A DNA stretch of 43,039 bases from Candidatus Woesearchaeota archaeon (GCA_964363345.1 CAYIHY010000003.1:1-43039); one strand, 5' to 3'; positions 8,005 to 17,310 are shown, numbered from the stretch's first letter. Made by a program: numbers and translations. The notes: generated by a model not told the origin, from the sequence alone.

Positions 8005-8029
8005 AGAAAAATAGTTTTTAAATGTTATC
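8005..8029 (-). promoter_or_regulatory. Promoter (BRE/TATA) of rps12; 25-mer identical to 6102..6126
   Basis: AGAAAAATAGTTTTTAAATGTTATC. The TATA lies about 24-29 nt upstream of the ATG, so the leader is short or absent. Confidence 0.6.
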
Positions 8030-8081
8030 AAGTGGGTTCTTTTAAAAAAATAGTTAAACTTTTATAATACTTCTTGTATGA

Positions 8082-8447
8082 TTATTCTCTAAAAACATAT
8101 CTTCCTTTATCTTCATAAATAATTTCTCCAGAGAATTTTTCTCCGTCTTGGTATAATTGAGAATTATAAACTTGATTCAATATAATTGCTACTTCATCTG
8201 CGGTTTGAATGTTTGTTGCATCTGGATATGTTGCTTCCATTACATATCTAATTTCTGATTTTTCAGCTTCTTTAACAATAGCCCTTAATTTTTTATTCCC
8301 CTTTAAATTCGAAACTCCCTCGACTAAAGAAAGTTCTAATTCCGACGGGGTTTTAACTAATTCACGAATAGTTGGAATTTCTTTTTCTATTTCTTCTTTT
8401 AATGCATTGCAATCAAAAAAACCATATGCTTTACCTATTTTTTTCAT
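8082..8447 (-). CDS. Hypothetical protein (121 aa from MKKIGK; ORF track start 8498)
   Basis: The TATA-like TATATAAAC at about 8468-8476 lies inside the longer ORF and 20-30 nt upstream of the ATG at 8447. Confidence 0.5.
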   Translation of the reverse strand: MKKIGKAYGFFDCNALKEEIEKEIPTIRELVKTPSELELSLVEGVSNLKGNKKLRAIVKEAEKSEIRYVMEATYPDATNIQTADEVAIILNQVYNSQLYQDGEKFSGEIIYEDKGRYVFRE

Positions 8448-8546
8448 ATTATTAGATAGTTCAAACGTATATAAACTTTTCTTAATGTAACAACTCAATA
8501 ATGAATACAGAAGTCTATTTTTGTATAAATTCCTTTGTTTTCCGAA

Positions 8547-8966
8547 TTAAATTATCCTCAATTCTTTTCCAAAAAAATTCTCGATGATTTTTTCTAATTC
8601 GATTAATCTTCTTTTGTCTCTTCCAATTAATGCTGCTTTGCTTTGAATATTTCCTGCAGTGATAATCATTTCATTTTCTTTTATTTCCAAATCTTTGAAT
8701 GTTATTGGCTTGACAATCGTCTGAATGAATCCTCTTGCATCATGAATTCCCCTTGGCATTGGAATTATTCTTATTTTTTTCCCGAGAGTTTCACTTAATC
8801 TTCTCAAATTTTTTCCCTGTTCTCCGACTGCTCTTGCTAAAAGATTCTTCGGAACGCAGAAAATTATTGCTCCGTTGTATTTCATGCAGAATCGTGTATC
8901 AATTCGCGTTATCTGACTAAACAGATTTAAATGCATTATATCCTGCATATCTATTGTATTAACCAT
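8547..8966 (-). CDS. nusA: Archaeal NusA-like KH-domain transcription termination/antitermination factor
   Basis: 139 aa with two KH GxxG loops (GEQGKN, GRDKRR). Canonical position between rpoA and rps12. Confidence 0.88.
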   Translation of the reverse strand: MVNTIDMQDIMHLNLFSQITRIDTRFCMKYNGAIIFCVPKNLLARAVGEQGKNLRRLSETLGKKIRIIPMPRGIHDARGFIQTIVKPITFKDLEIKENEMIITAGNIQSKAALIGRDKRRLIELEKIIENFFGKELRII

Positions 8967-9014
8967 TGTATAAGTTTGGGAGAATAATTTGTTTTATAAA
9001 TTTATTGATGATGT

Positions 9015-9323
9015 TTAATCTAAGTAAGGTTTAGAAAGCTCTTCAATTTCGGCTAATTTTTTAGCAAAGCTGTCTCTATAAATTAACGCTGTGGGAACAT
9101 CGGCATAATTTTTCTCTATTACGGCGTTTATATTTTTTACACGTTCAATTGCTTCATCAACTGTATCGCCTTTAGAACAGTAGCTTGTTCTCAGGGATTT
9201 AGACCAGGGAGAAGAGGGGGATAAAATACTGATTATATGCGCAAGAAAACTTTCTGTTTTTGCGAGTTCAATGCCGAATTTTAATTTTTCTTCTTTTTCT
9301 ATTATAAAATCTAAGCTTGTCAT
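9015..9323 (-). CDS. Hypothetical protein (102 aa) in the slot normally held by rpl30e
   Basis: ORF with TATA-like TTTATTTATAAG 18-29 nt upstream. No resemblance to L30e seen. Confidence 0.5.
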   Translation of the reverse strand: MTSLDFIIEKEEKLKFGIELAKTESFLAHIISILSPSSPWSKSLRTSYCSKGDTVDEAIERVKNINAVIEKNYADVPTALIYRDSFAKKLAEIEELSKPYLD

Positions 9324-9367
9324 AACATTTGCTAAGTTGATTTATTTATAAGATTTATTGTTAATTT

Positions 9368-12300
9368 TTACTTATTAGTTTCTTCTACAACTTCTTTCTT
9401 TGCAATTTTCTTTTCAGATTCTTTCTTTGTCAATGGACCAATTACTTTAACTAATAATCCTGGAAGTCCTGTACCAACGGGAACCGGCTGATTTAGCATT
9501 ATATTTTCTATAACGCTGATTAATTTATCTTTGCTTCCTTTGATTGTTGCGTTGATAAATTGCTTTCCTGGTGTTTCGAAAGTTGCTCTTGCTAATATTG
9601 AAGATTTTTGCATTATAATTCCCATTCTTGTAACTCCCTTAATTTCCCCGCCATTTGTCATTGCATCTGAAACTAGTTTCAAGTGTCTTTCATTGATATC
9701 AAGTCCCTGAGTATTTATCACAGTGTAAATTTCATCCATGATTAATTGTCTTGCAGATTCTATTCCGAATGCTTCCGCCATTTCATAGAAATCATTTGAA
9801 ATTAATTTGTCAGGGTCAACTTCTTTAAGTTCAACTATCTTTTTGATATTTGTTCCAAGAGTCATTACAACGAAGTCTTTTTCTCTCTTGACAATTAAGA
9901 TCTGCTTGATTCCCTTTATTCCCGAAATAATTGTTTTTTTCAATTTTTCTTTAAGCTGATAAATTTCCTTGAAATTAAATTCAGATGCGTTAAGAACTAT
10001 TGTGTCATCTTTTTCTTTTGCCCTGAAGCCTAAATCATTTAATTTGTCGACGACAGTTTTTATTGAACTGTGAGTCTGCTTTAATCCGTTTTTATCAATT
10101 GTTATTTTTATTGTCTTGTCACTGAAGTTAAGGCTTATTTCTGAAGAAATTTCTTTTAACATAACTTCCTTGATTTTTTCAGCGAAAACTTTTGCGTCTT
10201 TTTCATTATTGTAATCTTTCTTCAGGTAAATTTCCATTTTTGGAGAAGAAGGTTTTTTTCTTGCATCGAAAATTTCAATTAATCTCGGCAATCCCATTGT
10301 AACCTGCATTTCCTGGACTCCTGCGAAGTGGAATACGTTAAGCGCCATCTGTGTTGAAGGTTCTCCGAAAGATTGTGCAGTAACAATTCCTATTGCTTCT
10401 CCAGGAGCAACTTGCTCTTTCATATGAAGTTTTGAAACATCCATTCCATCGTCGCCATATTTGTATTGTATAACATTATTGTTGCTGTCTCTTACTGTTC
10501 CGTCGTATTCTACTCTCAAATCCTGCAATGCATTTGCAAGTCTTCTATACAAATATCCTGATTTTGGAGTTCTCAATGCTGTATCCATCAGTGAATCTCT
10601 TCCTGTAACTGCCCCGAAAAAGAATTCATCAGGACGCAATCCTTTAATGAATGAACTTCTGATAAATCCTCTTGCCTTCGGAGATAAATCTCCCTGATTG
10701 AAGAATGATAATGTTCTCTTGTCATATCCAATATCAATTCTTCTTCCCCATAAAGCCTGCTGTCCGACGCATGAAGCCATCTGAGTAATATTCAAAATAT
10801 TTCCTCCACCTCCAGATTGTATCATGTCATTAACAGGATTAGTCTTAGGGAAATCTTTTTTAACAATTTCTCCAATCTTTGTTCTGACTTCATTTAATGT
10901 CTGCAATATTCTGATTTCTCTTGATTCAACTTCTGTCTTTCCCGGAATTCTCTCAAGTTCACCTTTATTATATTGTTCAATTATTTCTTCTGTTTTCTTT
11001 TCCGCTTTTTTAATTATTTCTTCACCTGCGTCGATAATACTCTGATCTAAATCCAAATCTTCCAATGATATTGTGATTCCCTTGTCTGAGAGATATTTTA
11101 TTCCTAAGCTGAATACTTTTCGGATTATCTCGAAAGTTTCATTTATTCCAACCCGCCTTTCCAATTCTTTTATTAATTCTCCGTCTTCACTTCCGAATAA
11201 AGTTTTGTTTAATGTTCCTTTAATGACTTGTCCGTCTTTAATCTGGACAGAATCATTTGAGAAATTAATTTTTGGAAGTATTGCTGAGAAAATTTCTGCT
11301 CCGCTCACCATTTTCTTTGTTATTAATGGATGATCAATCTCTGATTTGAATAAAATTTGGTTTGCATATTCTCTTGTGAATTCATTATTTCCCAAAAGAT
11401 AATTTCCTGTTATAGCGTCGCCGATGCAACCAATTAAGTTTGTATTATTTTTTGGTGAGAATAAATTTCTTTTTACATCAAGAAGTATTTTTGCTTCTGC
11501 TCTTGCTTCTTCTGTCTGCGGTGAGTGAATATTCATTTCATCTCCATCGAAGTCGGCGTTATAAGGCGAGGCAACTGCGGGATGCATTCTGAAAGTTCTT
11601 CCAGGAAGAACACGAACATAATGAGCCATCAAGCTTCCTCTATGAAGTGAAGGGTGACGATTGAAAAGAACAACATCTCCGTCCTGCAAATGTCTTTCAA
11701 CTTTGTATCCTGGAGTTATTTCATTAATTATTTCTTCTTTCAAATCAGGAGTAATCTTTTTTCTTTTTCCGTCTGGTCTTATTACATAATTTGCTCCAGG
11801 GTAAACTTCTGCCCTGTCAATTAATTTTTTCAATTTTTCCATATTCAAATCAGTAACTCCTTCTGCAACTGTTACAACTTTTGCAATTTCAAAAGGAACT
11901 CCAACTTCATTGATTGCGATGTGAGGGTCTGGAGAAATAACTGTTCTTCCTGAATAATTTACTCTCTTACCTGCAAGATTTTTTCTGATTCTTCCTTCTT
12001 TACCTTTGATTCTTTCCATAATTGTTTTCAAAGGTTGTCCGCTTCTGTGTCTTGCTGGAGGAATTTTAGCGACGCTGTTGTCAAAGAATGTTGTAATATG
12101 GAATTGCAATAAGTCCCATAAATCTTCAATAATAACCTCTGGGGCACCGGCGTTTAAATTTTCCCAAAGTCTTTGGTTTGCTCTGATTATATCTGAAAGT
12201 TTGTGAGTTAAATCATCTTCACTTCTTTCTCCTGATTCTAAAATAATTGAAGGACGGATTGTTACTGGAGGAACTAAAAGCATTGTAAGAATTGCCCATT

Positions 12301-12865
12301 CAGGACGGCATGTTACGGTATTTATTCCGATTTTCTTCAATTCTTCATTAGAAATATTTACTAAAATTTCTCTGATTTCTGTCGGGAATAATCTTGTCTT
12401 TCCCATAAAGAAACTTGTTGGTTTATCCAATTTTACTTTCTCATGAACAGTTCCACAATAAGGACATTTTTTTGCATCCTTTGCTTTTTTTGCTCTTTCA
12501 CTTGGTGAATATTTTTCTAAATCTTTATCAGATAATAATAATTTTCCGCAATTTCTACAGAAGCATCTTAATCCAAGTTCAATTAATGGAACATATTTCA
12601 AATGAATTATAGGACGAGCTAAATCAATGCTTCCTGGGTGTCCTAGGCATTCTTTTAATCTTCCTCCGCAAGTTCTACATCTTACACCTGGATCGATTGC
12701 TCCAAGTCTTAAATCCATCAATCCTCCGTCGACAGGATAACCATCAATGTTATACAATTCGGGGGTTACTATTTTTGCAACTGAAATCTTTTTTATATCG
12801 TCAGGACTAAGAAGATTGAATCTTATTTCATCAACTTGTTTTTTTACTGGTTTTGATTCTATCAT
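9368..12865 (-). CDS. rpoA: DNA-directed RNA polymerase subunit A, with A' and A'' fused in one ORF
   Basis: N-terminal zinc motifs CRTCGG...C, catalytic NADFDGDEMN, then the A''-type trigger-loop region GEAIGIVTAQSFGEPSTQM...FHFAGV, all in the same frame. The ATG at 12865 overlaps the upstream stop as ATGA (ORF track GTG start 12880). Confidence 0.93.
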   Translation of the reverse strand: MIESKPVKKQVDEIRFNLLSPDDIKKISVAKIVTPELYNIDGYPVDGGLMDLRLGAIDPGVRCRTCGGRLKECLGHPGSIDLARPIIHLKYVPLIELGLRCFCRNCGKLLLSDKDLEKYSPSERAKKAKDAKKCPYCGTVHEKVKLDKPTSFFMGKTRLFPTEIREILVNISNEELKKIGINTVTCRPEWAILTMLLVPPVTIRPSIILESGERSEDDLTHKLSDIIRANQRLWENLNAGAPEVIIEDLWDLLQFHITTFFDNSVAKIPPARHRSGQPLKTIMERIKGKEGRIRKNLAGKRVNYSGRTVISPDPHIAINEVGVPFEIAKVVTVAEGVTDLNMEKLKKLIDRAEVYPGANYVIRPDGKRKKITPDLKEEIINEITPGYKVERHLQDGDVVLFNRHPSLHRGSLMAHYVRVLPGRTFRMHPAVASPYNADFDGDEMNIHSPQTEEARAEAKILLDVKRNLFSPKNNTNLIGCIGDAITGNYLLGNNEFTREYANQILFKSEIDHPLITKKMVSGAEIFSAILPKINFSNDSVQIKDGQVIKGTLNKTLFGSEDGELIKELERRVGINETFEIIRKVFSLGIKYLSDKGITISLEDLDLDQSIIDAGEEIIKKAEKKTEEIIEQYNKGELERIPGKTEVESREIRILQTLNEVRTKIGEIVKKDFPKTNPVNDMIQSGGGGNILNITQMASCVGQQALWGRRIDIGYDKRTLSFFNQGDLSPKARGFIRSSFIKGLRPDEFFFGAVTGRDSLMDTALRTPKSGYLYRRLANALQDLRVEYDGTVRDSNNNVIQYKYGDDGMDVSKLHMKEQVAPGEAIGIVTAQSFGEPSTQMALNVFHFAGVQEMQVTMGLPRLIEIFDARKKPSSPKMEIYLKKDYNNEKDAKVFAEKIKEVMLKEISSEISLNFSDKTIKITIDKNGLKQTHSSIKTVVDKLNDLGFRAKEKDDTIVLNASEFNFKEIYQLKEKLKKTIISGIKGIKQILIVKREKDFVVMTLGTNIKKIVELKEVDPDKLISNDFYEMAEAFGIESARQLIMDEIYTVINTQGLDINERHLKLVSDAMTNGGEIKGVTRMGIIMQKSSILARATFETPGKQFINATIKGSKDKLISVIENIMLNQPVPVGTGLPGLLVKVIGPLTKKESEKKIAKKEVVEETNK

Positions 12866-13158
12866 TTTATTTCTCCCCACCCTTCCTGGAAATATTTTGA
12901 GGGGTCAGGTAATTCTGAAAATCCTTCTATAATTCCATAACTTTCCATTAATTTTTTAAATTCTTCATTTTCTGCTTGTAATTTTGTGTTATATCTTTGA
13001 CAGCTAAGATAAGTTGTAGGACAAACTTCTAAACATTTTTCTGGTTTGACGAAGCATCTATTTCTCCCTAACGACGGTTCTTCTAAAATTACTGGTTTAA
13101 TTCTTTTTGCTAAATTCATTCTTTCAAATTCATTTCCAACTATTATTGTTTTTGTCAT
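12862..13158 (-). CDS. Cys-rich hypothetical protein (98 aa) between rpoB and rpoA
   Basis: TAAAATG junction with the rpoB stop and ATGA overlap with the rpoA start. Cysteine pattern CFVKPEKCLEVCPTTYLSC. Confidence 0.55.
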   Translation of the reverse strand: MTKTIIVGNEFERMNLAKRIKPVILEEPSLGRNRCFVKPEKCLEVCPTTYLSCQRYNTKLQAENEEFKKLMESYGIIEGFSELPDPSKYFQEGWGEIK

Positions 13159-13159
13159 T

Positions 13160-16100
13160 TTATTCGTATTTATTTTTTAATCCAAATGAAGTGTGGATGT
13201 GAAGTCCCTGCAATTCTTCAAGTAATAACTTGAATGCATAAGACATTTCTACAGGTTCAACATCTTCGCTTCCGCACATTGGACAGCTTAATTTATTTGA
13301 GATATTATCGTCGATACCGATGCTTCCGCATTTTGTACAAATAGGAAGAACAACTTTATCTGAGTCATATCTTTCTTTCAATAATAGCGAAGCTCCGTGA
13401 GCAACTAATGCTTCCTGTTCCATCTCCCCTAATCTCAATGCTCCGCCTCTTGAACGTCCTTCGATTGGCTGTCTTGTAAGTAATGCAACTTTTCCTGAAG
13501 CTCTTCCATGCATTTTGTTTCCTACCATGTATTTCAATTTTTGATAGTATAAATTTCCGACAAATATTTTTACAGTCATTCTTTTTCCTGTAACTCCGTT
13601 GTACATTGTTTCTTTTCCGTCGAATCTGAATCCCAAGTCTTTCAAATTTTCTTCTAATTCTTTTTTGCCTGTTCCAGAGAAGCAAGTTCCGTCGATAGTT
13701 TCACCTTTCAAACTTCCAACTTTTCCTGCAAGCAATTCTAATAAATAACCCACTGTCATTCTCGAAGGCAATCCGTGCGGGTTGAATATTACATCTGGGC
13801 GAACTCCTCTTGATGTGAAAGGAACATCTTCCTGAGGAACAATCATACCAACAACTCCTTTCTGACCGTGTGATGTTGCGAATTTATCTCCAAGTTCGGG
13901 AATTCTCTGATCTCTTGTTCTTACTTGGATAATTTTATTTCCTTCTGAATCTTCTGTTATGAAAACACCGTCGACAACTCCTTTTTCTTCCTGCCTCATT
14001 GTAACGCTTGATTCTTTTTTTGTCTTAACTGAAATTTCTCTTTGTTCTGAAAGGAATTTTGGAGGCGACATTTTTCCAATCATAACTTCACCTTCTCCGA
14101 TTTCTGCTTCAGGATAAACTATTCCATCTCCTTCTAAATATTTGTAACTTGCTTCAGTTTTATAACCTGATGCATCTTTTTCTGGAATTGCAATTTCATC
14201 TTTCAATCCTCCAGCATAATTCATTTCTATTGCAGAATAAGGACGGAAATAGAAACTTCTTCCGACTCCTCTTTGAACGCTTCCTTTATTTAAAACTAAA
14301 GCATCTTCCATATTGTAACCTTCATAAGTCATTACAGCGACGACTAAATTCTGTCCTGCGGGATATGTGTTTAATGTATCGTAAACGAAACTTCTTACAA
14401 GAGGTCTTTGTGGATATTGCAAGATTGAAACATCTGTATCTAATCTGCATAAATAATTTGCAGCGTATAATCCAAGAGACTGCTTTTGCGTCTTGCTTCC
14501 TCGGTTAAGTCTTGAACTCTGGTCGTGATTTCCGTAAGGAACTAAACTTGTTACGACACCGAGCATATCCATTGAATCGATTTCAAGATGAGTATGATTT
14601 TGAGTTAATTCTTCTTCATATAATGAAACTAATGCATTTTCTTCTTCAGCAGCGTCGAGGTATTCGATTATTCCTGTATTCAGCAAATCTCTCCATTTCA
14701 TTTCTCCGCTTTCAATCTGAAGTTTGTGCTCGTTTTTTAATCTTGGATTTCCGTTGTCGACGATAATTAAAGGTCTGAGAACTCTTCCAGGTTCTGTTGA
14801 AATTAAAACATAATCAAATCGGGGATCATTTCTCACGCTCATCTGAATCGGCAATTGTGCGGTTCTTCTTTTTTCTTTTATTTTTTTAACAAAATCATTT
14901 TTGTCTTTTACATTTCCGATAAATCTTCCGTTGAAGAATACATCACTTCCTTCAAATCCTTCTCTTTCCATTCCGATTGATTCTAAATCTTTCATGAATT
15001 TTTCTTGGTCTAATTCAACTCTTGTAGAAATTTTGCTTAATATTGCGAGATTTTTTCTTAATCCGATTTCTGTTCCTTCTGGTGTTTCTATAGGACAGAA
15101 TCTTCCGTAATGAGTTGGATGAAGTGTTCTTGCGGGGAAATTTTCCTGGTCTGAGGGCAACATACTTGCAACTCTTTGCAATTGAGAAATCATTGCTAAA
15201 TAATTTGTCTTATCCATATTCTGTGTAACTCCTGTTCTTTCTCCTGTCCAGCTTCCTGTTGCAATCGCTGATTCAATTCTGTGAGAGAATAAAGTTGATT
15301 TTGCGATTACTTTTAATGAGAAGAATTTTTTTCTCTTTGAAGATTTTTGTATTGAATATTGAATGTCTCTAATTAAAATTCCGAGATTAACTTTGAATAA
15401 ATTTGCTAATAAATCTCCGGATAATCTCACTCTTTTGTTTGAATAATGGTCTTTGTCTGTTCTTAATTCAGGATTTTCTTTTGCAATCAAAAATTGTTTT
15501 ATTAATTTGCAGATTGTAATTGCTTTGTTCATTCTGTCTTCTTTTTTCTGTCCGATGTGAGGAAGAAGATAAGAATCGATTCTTTGTTTTACTCTGTCGA
15601 GGATTTCTTTTTTTGTTCCCTGCAATCCTGTTTTTTCTGCTAAGAACATCATCGCATCTTCCTTTGTTGCAAGGTTTACGAATTCATACAAATTAACAAT
15701 CACGCTATCTGTTTCTTTTCCAATATATTTTGCGATGTCAGATTCTTTTGTCAAACCAAGAGCTTTTAGCACAACCACGACGGGCAAATCTTTGAATCTG
15801 CTGAAAGACAAGTCCAATAATCCTTCTTTGCTTTCTGAAATTGTGATAGGAATTCTATAAGTTCCTTTCAACGAAAATAATCTCAAGTTTAAATTTCCCT
15901 TGCTGTTTTCTTCGATAAAGGGCTGATTTTCTGCTAAGTCTTCTGCCATGGTCATAACTCTTTCATTTCCATTGACAATAAAATATCCTCCGGCATCTAA
16001 TGGGTCATTGTAAGATTCAACTAATTGGTCCTGGGTCATTCCGTAAGTATTGCATACTTTGCTCTTAACCATAATTGGTATTTTTCCGATTTCCACTACG

Positions 16101-16411
16101 TCAGAATCAACCTGGTCTCCTTTTTTTATTGTTATTTCCAAACTTACCGGAGCAGAATAAGTCAAGTTTCTCAATCTTGCTTCATAAGGAAGAACAAGTG
16201 AAGAACTTCCGTCTGCTTCGATTACTTTTGGTTTTTCAATTTTTATTTTTCCCAAACTGATTTCGAATTCTTCGTTGTTCATTGTTTCAGAAATTTCATC
16301 AACCAGCTCCTGCATTCTGTGATCAATGAATTCATTAAAAGAAATAATATTAGATTCAACTAGTGAATGTTCCTCAAGATATTTTTTTATTATTAAATGA
16401 TTATTTTTCAT
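13160..16411 (-). CDS. rpoB: DNA-directed RNA polymerase subunit B (unsplit)
   Basis: About 1083 aa with GDKFATSHGQKGV, NPHGLPSRMTVG and a C-terminal CTKCG...CPMCG zinc ribbon. The ATG at 16411 forms TAAAATG with the rpoH stop (ORF track TTG start 16423). Confidence 0.96.
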   Translation of the reverse strand: MKNNHLIIKKYLEEHSLVESNIISFNEFIDHRMQELVDEISETMNNEEFEISLGKIKIEKPKVIEADGSSSLVLPYEARLRNLTYSAPVSLEITIKKGDQVDSDVVEIGKIPIMVKSKVCNTYGMTQDQLVESYNDPLDAGGYFIVNGNERVMTMAEDLAENQPFIEENSKGNLNLRLFSLKGTYRIPITISESKEGLLDLSFSRFKDLPVVVVLKALGLTKESDIAKYIGKETDSVIVNLYEFVNLATKEDAMMFLAEKTGLQGTKKEILDRVKQRIDSYLLPHIGQKKEDRMNKAITICKLIKQFLIAKENPELRTDKDHYSNKRVRLSGDLLANLFKVNLGILIRDIQYSIQKSSKRKKFFSLKVIAKSTLFSHRIESAIATGSWTGERTGVTQNMDKTNYLAMISQLQRVASMLPSDQENFPARTLHPTHYGRFCPIETPEGTEIGLRKNLAILSKISTRVELDQEKFMKDLESIGMEREGFEGSDVFFNGRFIGNVKDKNDFVKKIKEKRRTAQLPIQMSVRNDPRFDYVLISTEPGRVLRPLIIVDNGNPRLKNEHKLQIESGEMKWRDLLNTGIIEYLDAAEEENALVSLYEEELTQNHTHLEIDSMDMLGVVTSLVPYGNHDQSSRLNRGSKTQKQSLGLYAANYLCRLDTDVSILQYPQRPLVRSFVYDTLNTYPAGQNLVVAVMTYEGYNMEDALVLNKGSVQRGVGRSFYFRPYSAIEMNYAGGLKDEIAIPEKDASGYKTEASYKYLEGDGIVYPEAEIGEGEVMIGKMSPPKFLSEQREISVKTKKESSVTMRQEEKGVVDGVFITEDSEGNKIIQVRTRDQRIPELGDKFATSHGQKGVVGMIVPQEDVPFTSRGVRPDVIFNPHGLPSRMTVGYLLELLAGKVGSLKGETIDGTCFSGTGKKELEENLKDLGFRFDGKETMYNGVTGKRMTVKIFVGNLYYQKLKYMVGNKMHGRASGKVALLTRQPIEGRSRGGALRLGEMEQEALVAHGASLLLKERYDSDKVVLPICTKCGSIGIDDNISNKLSCPMCGSEDVEPVEMSYAFKLLLEELQGLHIHTSFGLKNKYE

Positions 16412-16412
16412 T

Positions 16413-16607
16413 TTATACAACAACCCTAAAATAGTCTCCTGTTTTTCTTTCGATTTTTATGATATCACCGACGACGCAGCCCTCGGGCAAACCTGCATCA
16501 GTTGAAAGAATTTTTGGCAATTGTGCCTTAGAAAGATTTAATCTTTTTAGAAGTTCTTCAGACTCTTTTTCATTGAGTTTTATGTGTTTGGATTGGAGAA
16601 TATGCAT
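16413..16607 (-). CDS. rpoH: DNA-directed RNA polymerase subunit H (Rpb5-like)
   Basis: 64 aa. HIKLNEKESEELLKRLNL...QLPKI...GDIIKIER...FRVVV matches the RpoH pattern, and the gene lies immediately upstream of rpoB. Confidence 0.85.
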   Translation of the reverse strand: MHILQSKHIKLNEKESEELLKRLNLSKAQLPKILSTDAGLPEGCVVGDIIKIERKTGDYFRVVV

Positions 16608-16772
16608 GTTGTGGTTGGTGAAAAGTTTAAACTAAAGAGCTAAAGTTAGGGTAAAACTTTAACAACTTTTGAATAATAAAAAACAGCAAAAATTAGTTTA
16701 AAAATGTTTTGGTTTGCGGGAAAAATTTGGGATTTTTGAATATTTTGCGATATTTTTTGATAAAAAAGAAGA

Positions 16773-17147
16773 TTAATAATCAAATCCAACTATTTTTCGA
16801 TAAGATTCTCTTACTTCATCTCTCATTCGTTGAAAAGGACTGAACATATCAGATACACCCATTCTTGCTTTAATATAATCAAAATCATCTATTGCGCTCT
16901 CTTTTTTTGCTTGTTCAAGTCTTTGCATATATTGTTTTTGTGCAAAGTCAATTTGAGCTATTGCTCTACCATATTGTTGCTTAGCAATTCTTGCTTCTTC
17001 TTTAGGTTCTCTTATGAAAATACTTCTCTCTGGTTTTGTCATGGTCATCTTTAATCTTCTTAATGTGCTCTGAAGTTCATCTGTCGGATTAAAGTTCATA
17101 CTAAAATTAAGCAATTTTTCATTTGTCCAATTATTAGAATCTTTCAT
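16773..17147 (-). CDS. Hypothetical protein (124 aa)
   Basis: ORF with TATA-like CCTATTTAAATC 20-31 nt upstream. Confidence 0.5.
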   Translation of the reverse strand: MKDSNNWTNEKLLNFSMNFNPTDELQSTLRRLKMTMTKPERSIFIREPKEEARIAKQQYGRAIAQIDFAQKQYMQRLEQAKKESAIDDFDYIKARMGVSDMFSPFQRMRDEVRESYRKIVGFDY

Positions 17148-17221
17148 GATTAATTACATAAATTAACCTATTTAAATCTTACTTTTTGTTACGCCTTCAT
17201 AATTAATAATATATTTTTAGG

Positions 17222-17310
17222 AACATGGCCTCTTTGTACTCGCGACCCCACTCATTGCATTTACAATTTTCCTGCATTCGTGAAATCGCTCGGGATTTGA
17301 CACCAAGGTT
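17222..17310 (-). pseudogene. Decayed partial copy of the tRNA-Lys 3' part (acceptor 3' strand plus trailer, T-arm remnant)
   Basis: AACATGGCCTC (17222-17232) is identical to 17356-17366. TCGGGATTTGA..CACC at about 17289-17304 matches the tRNA T-arm region with an 8-nt deletion. The two pieces are separated by about 57 unrelated nt, and no cloverleaf is possible. Confidence 0.5.

Noticed and set aside
9003-9015. C/D-box sRNA suggested by TGATGA in the nusA-upstream spacer
   Set aside because: No CTGA D box, C'/D' boxes or terminal stem within 40-70 nt on either strand.
10461-16260. Antisense or alternate-frame ORFs inside rpoA and rpoB (for example 10461..10697, 11073..11333, 13365..13685, 14149..14508, 16075..16260)
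   Set aside because: They are embedded in conserved RNAP genes. Their compositionally biased translations have no motifs, so I treat them as shadow ORFs.
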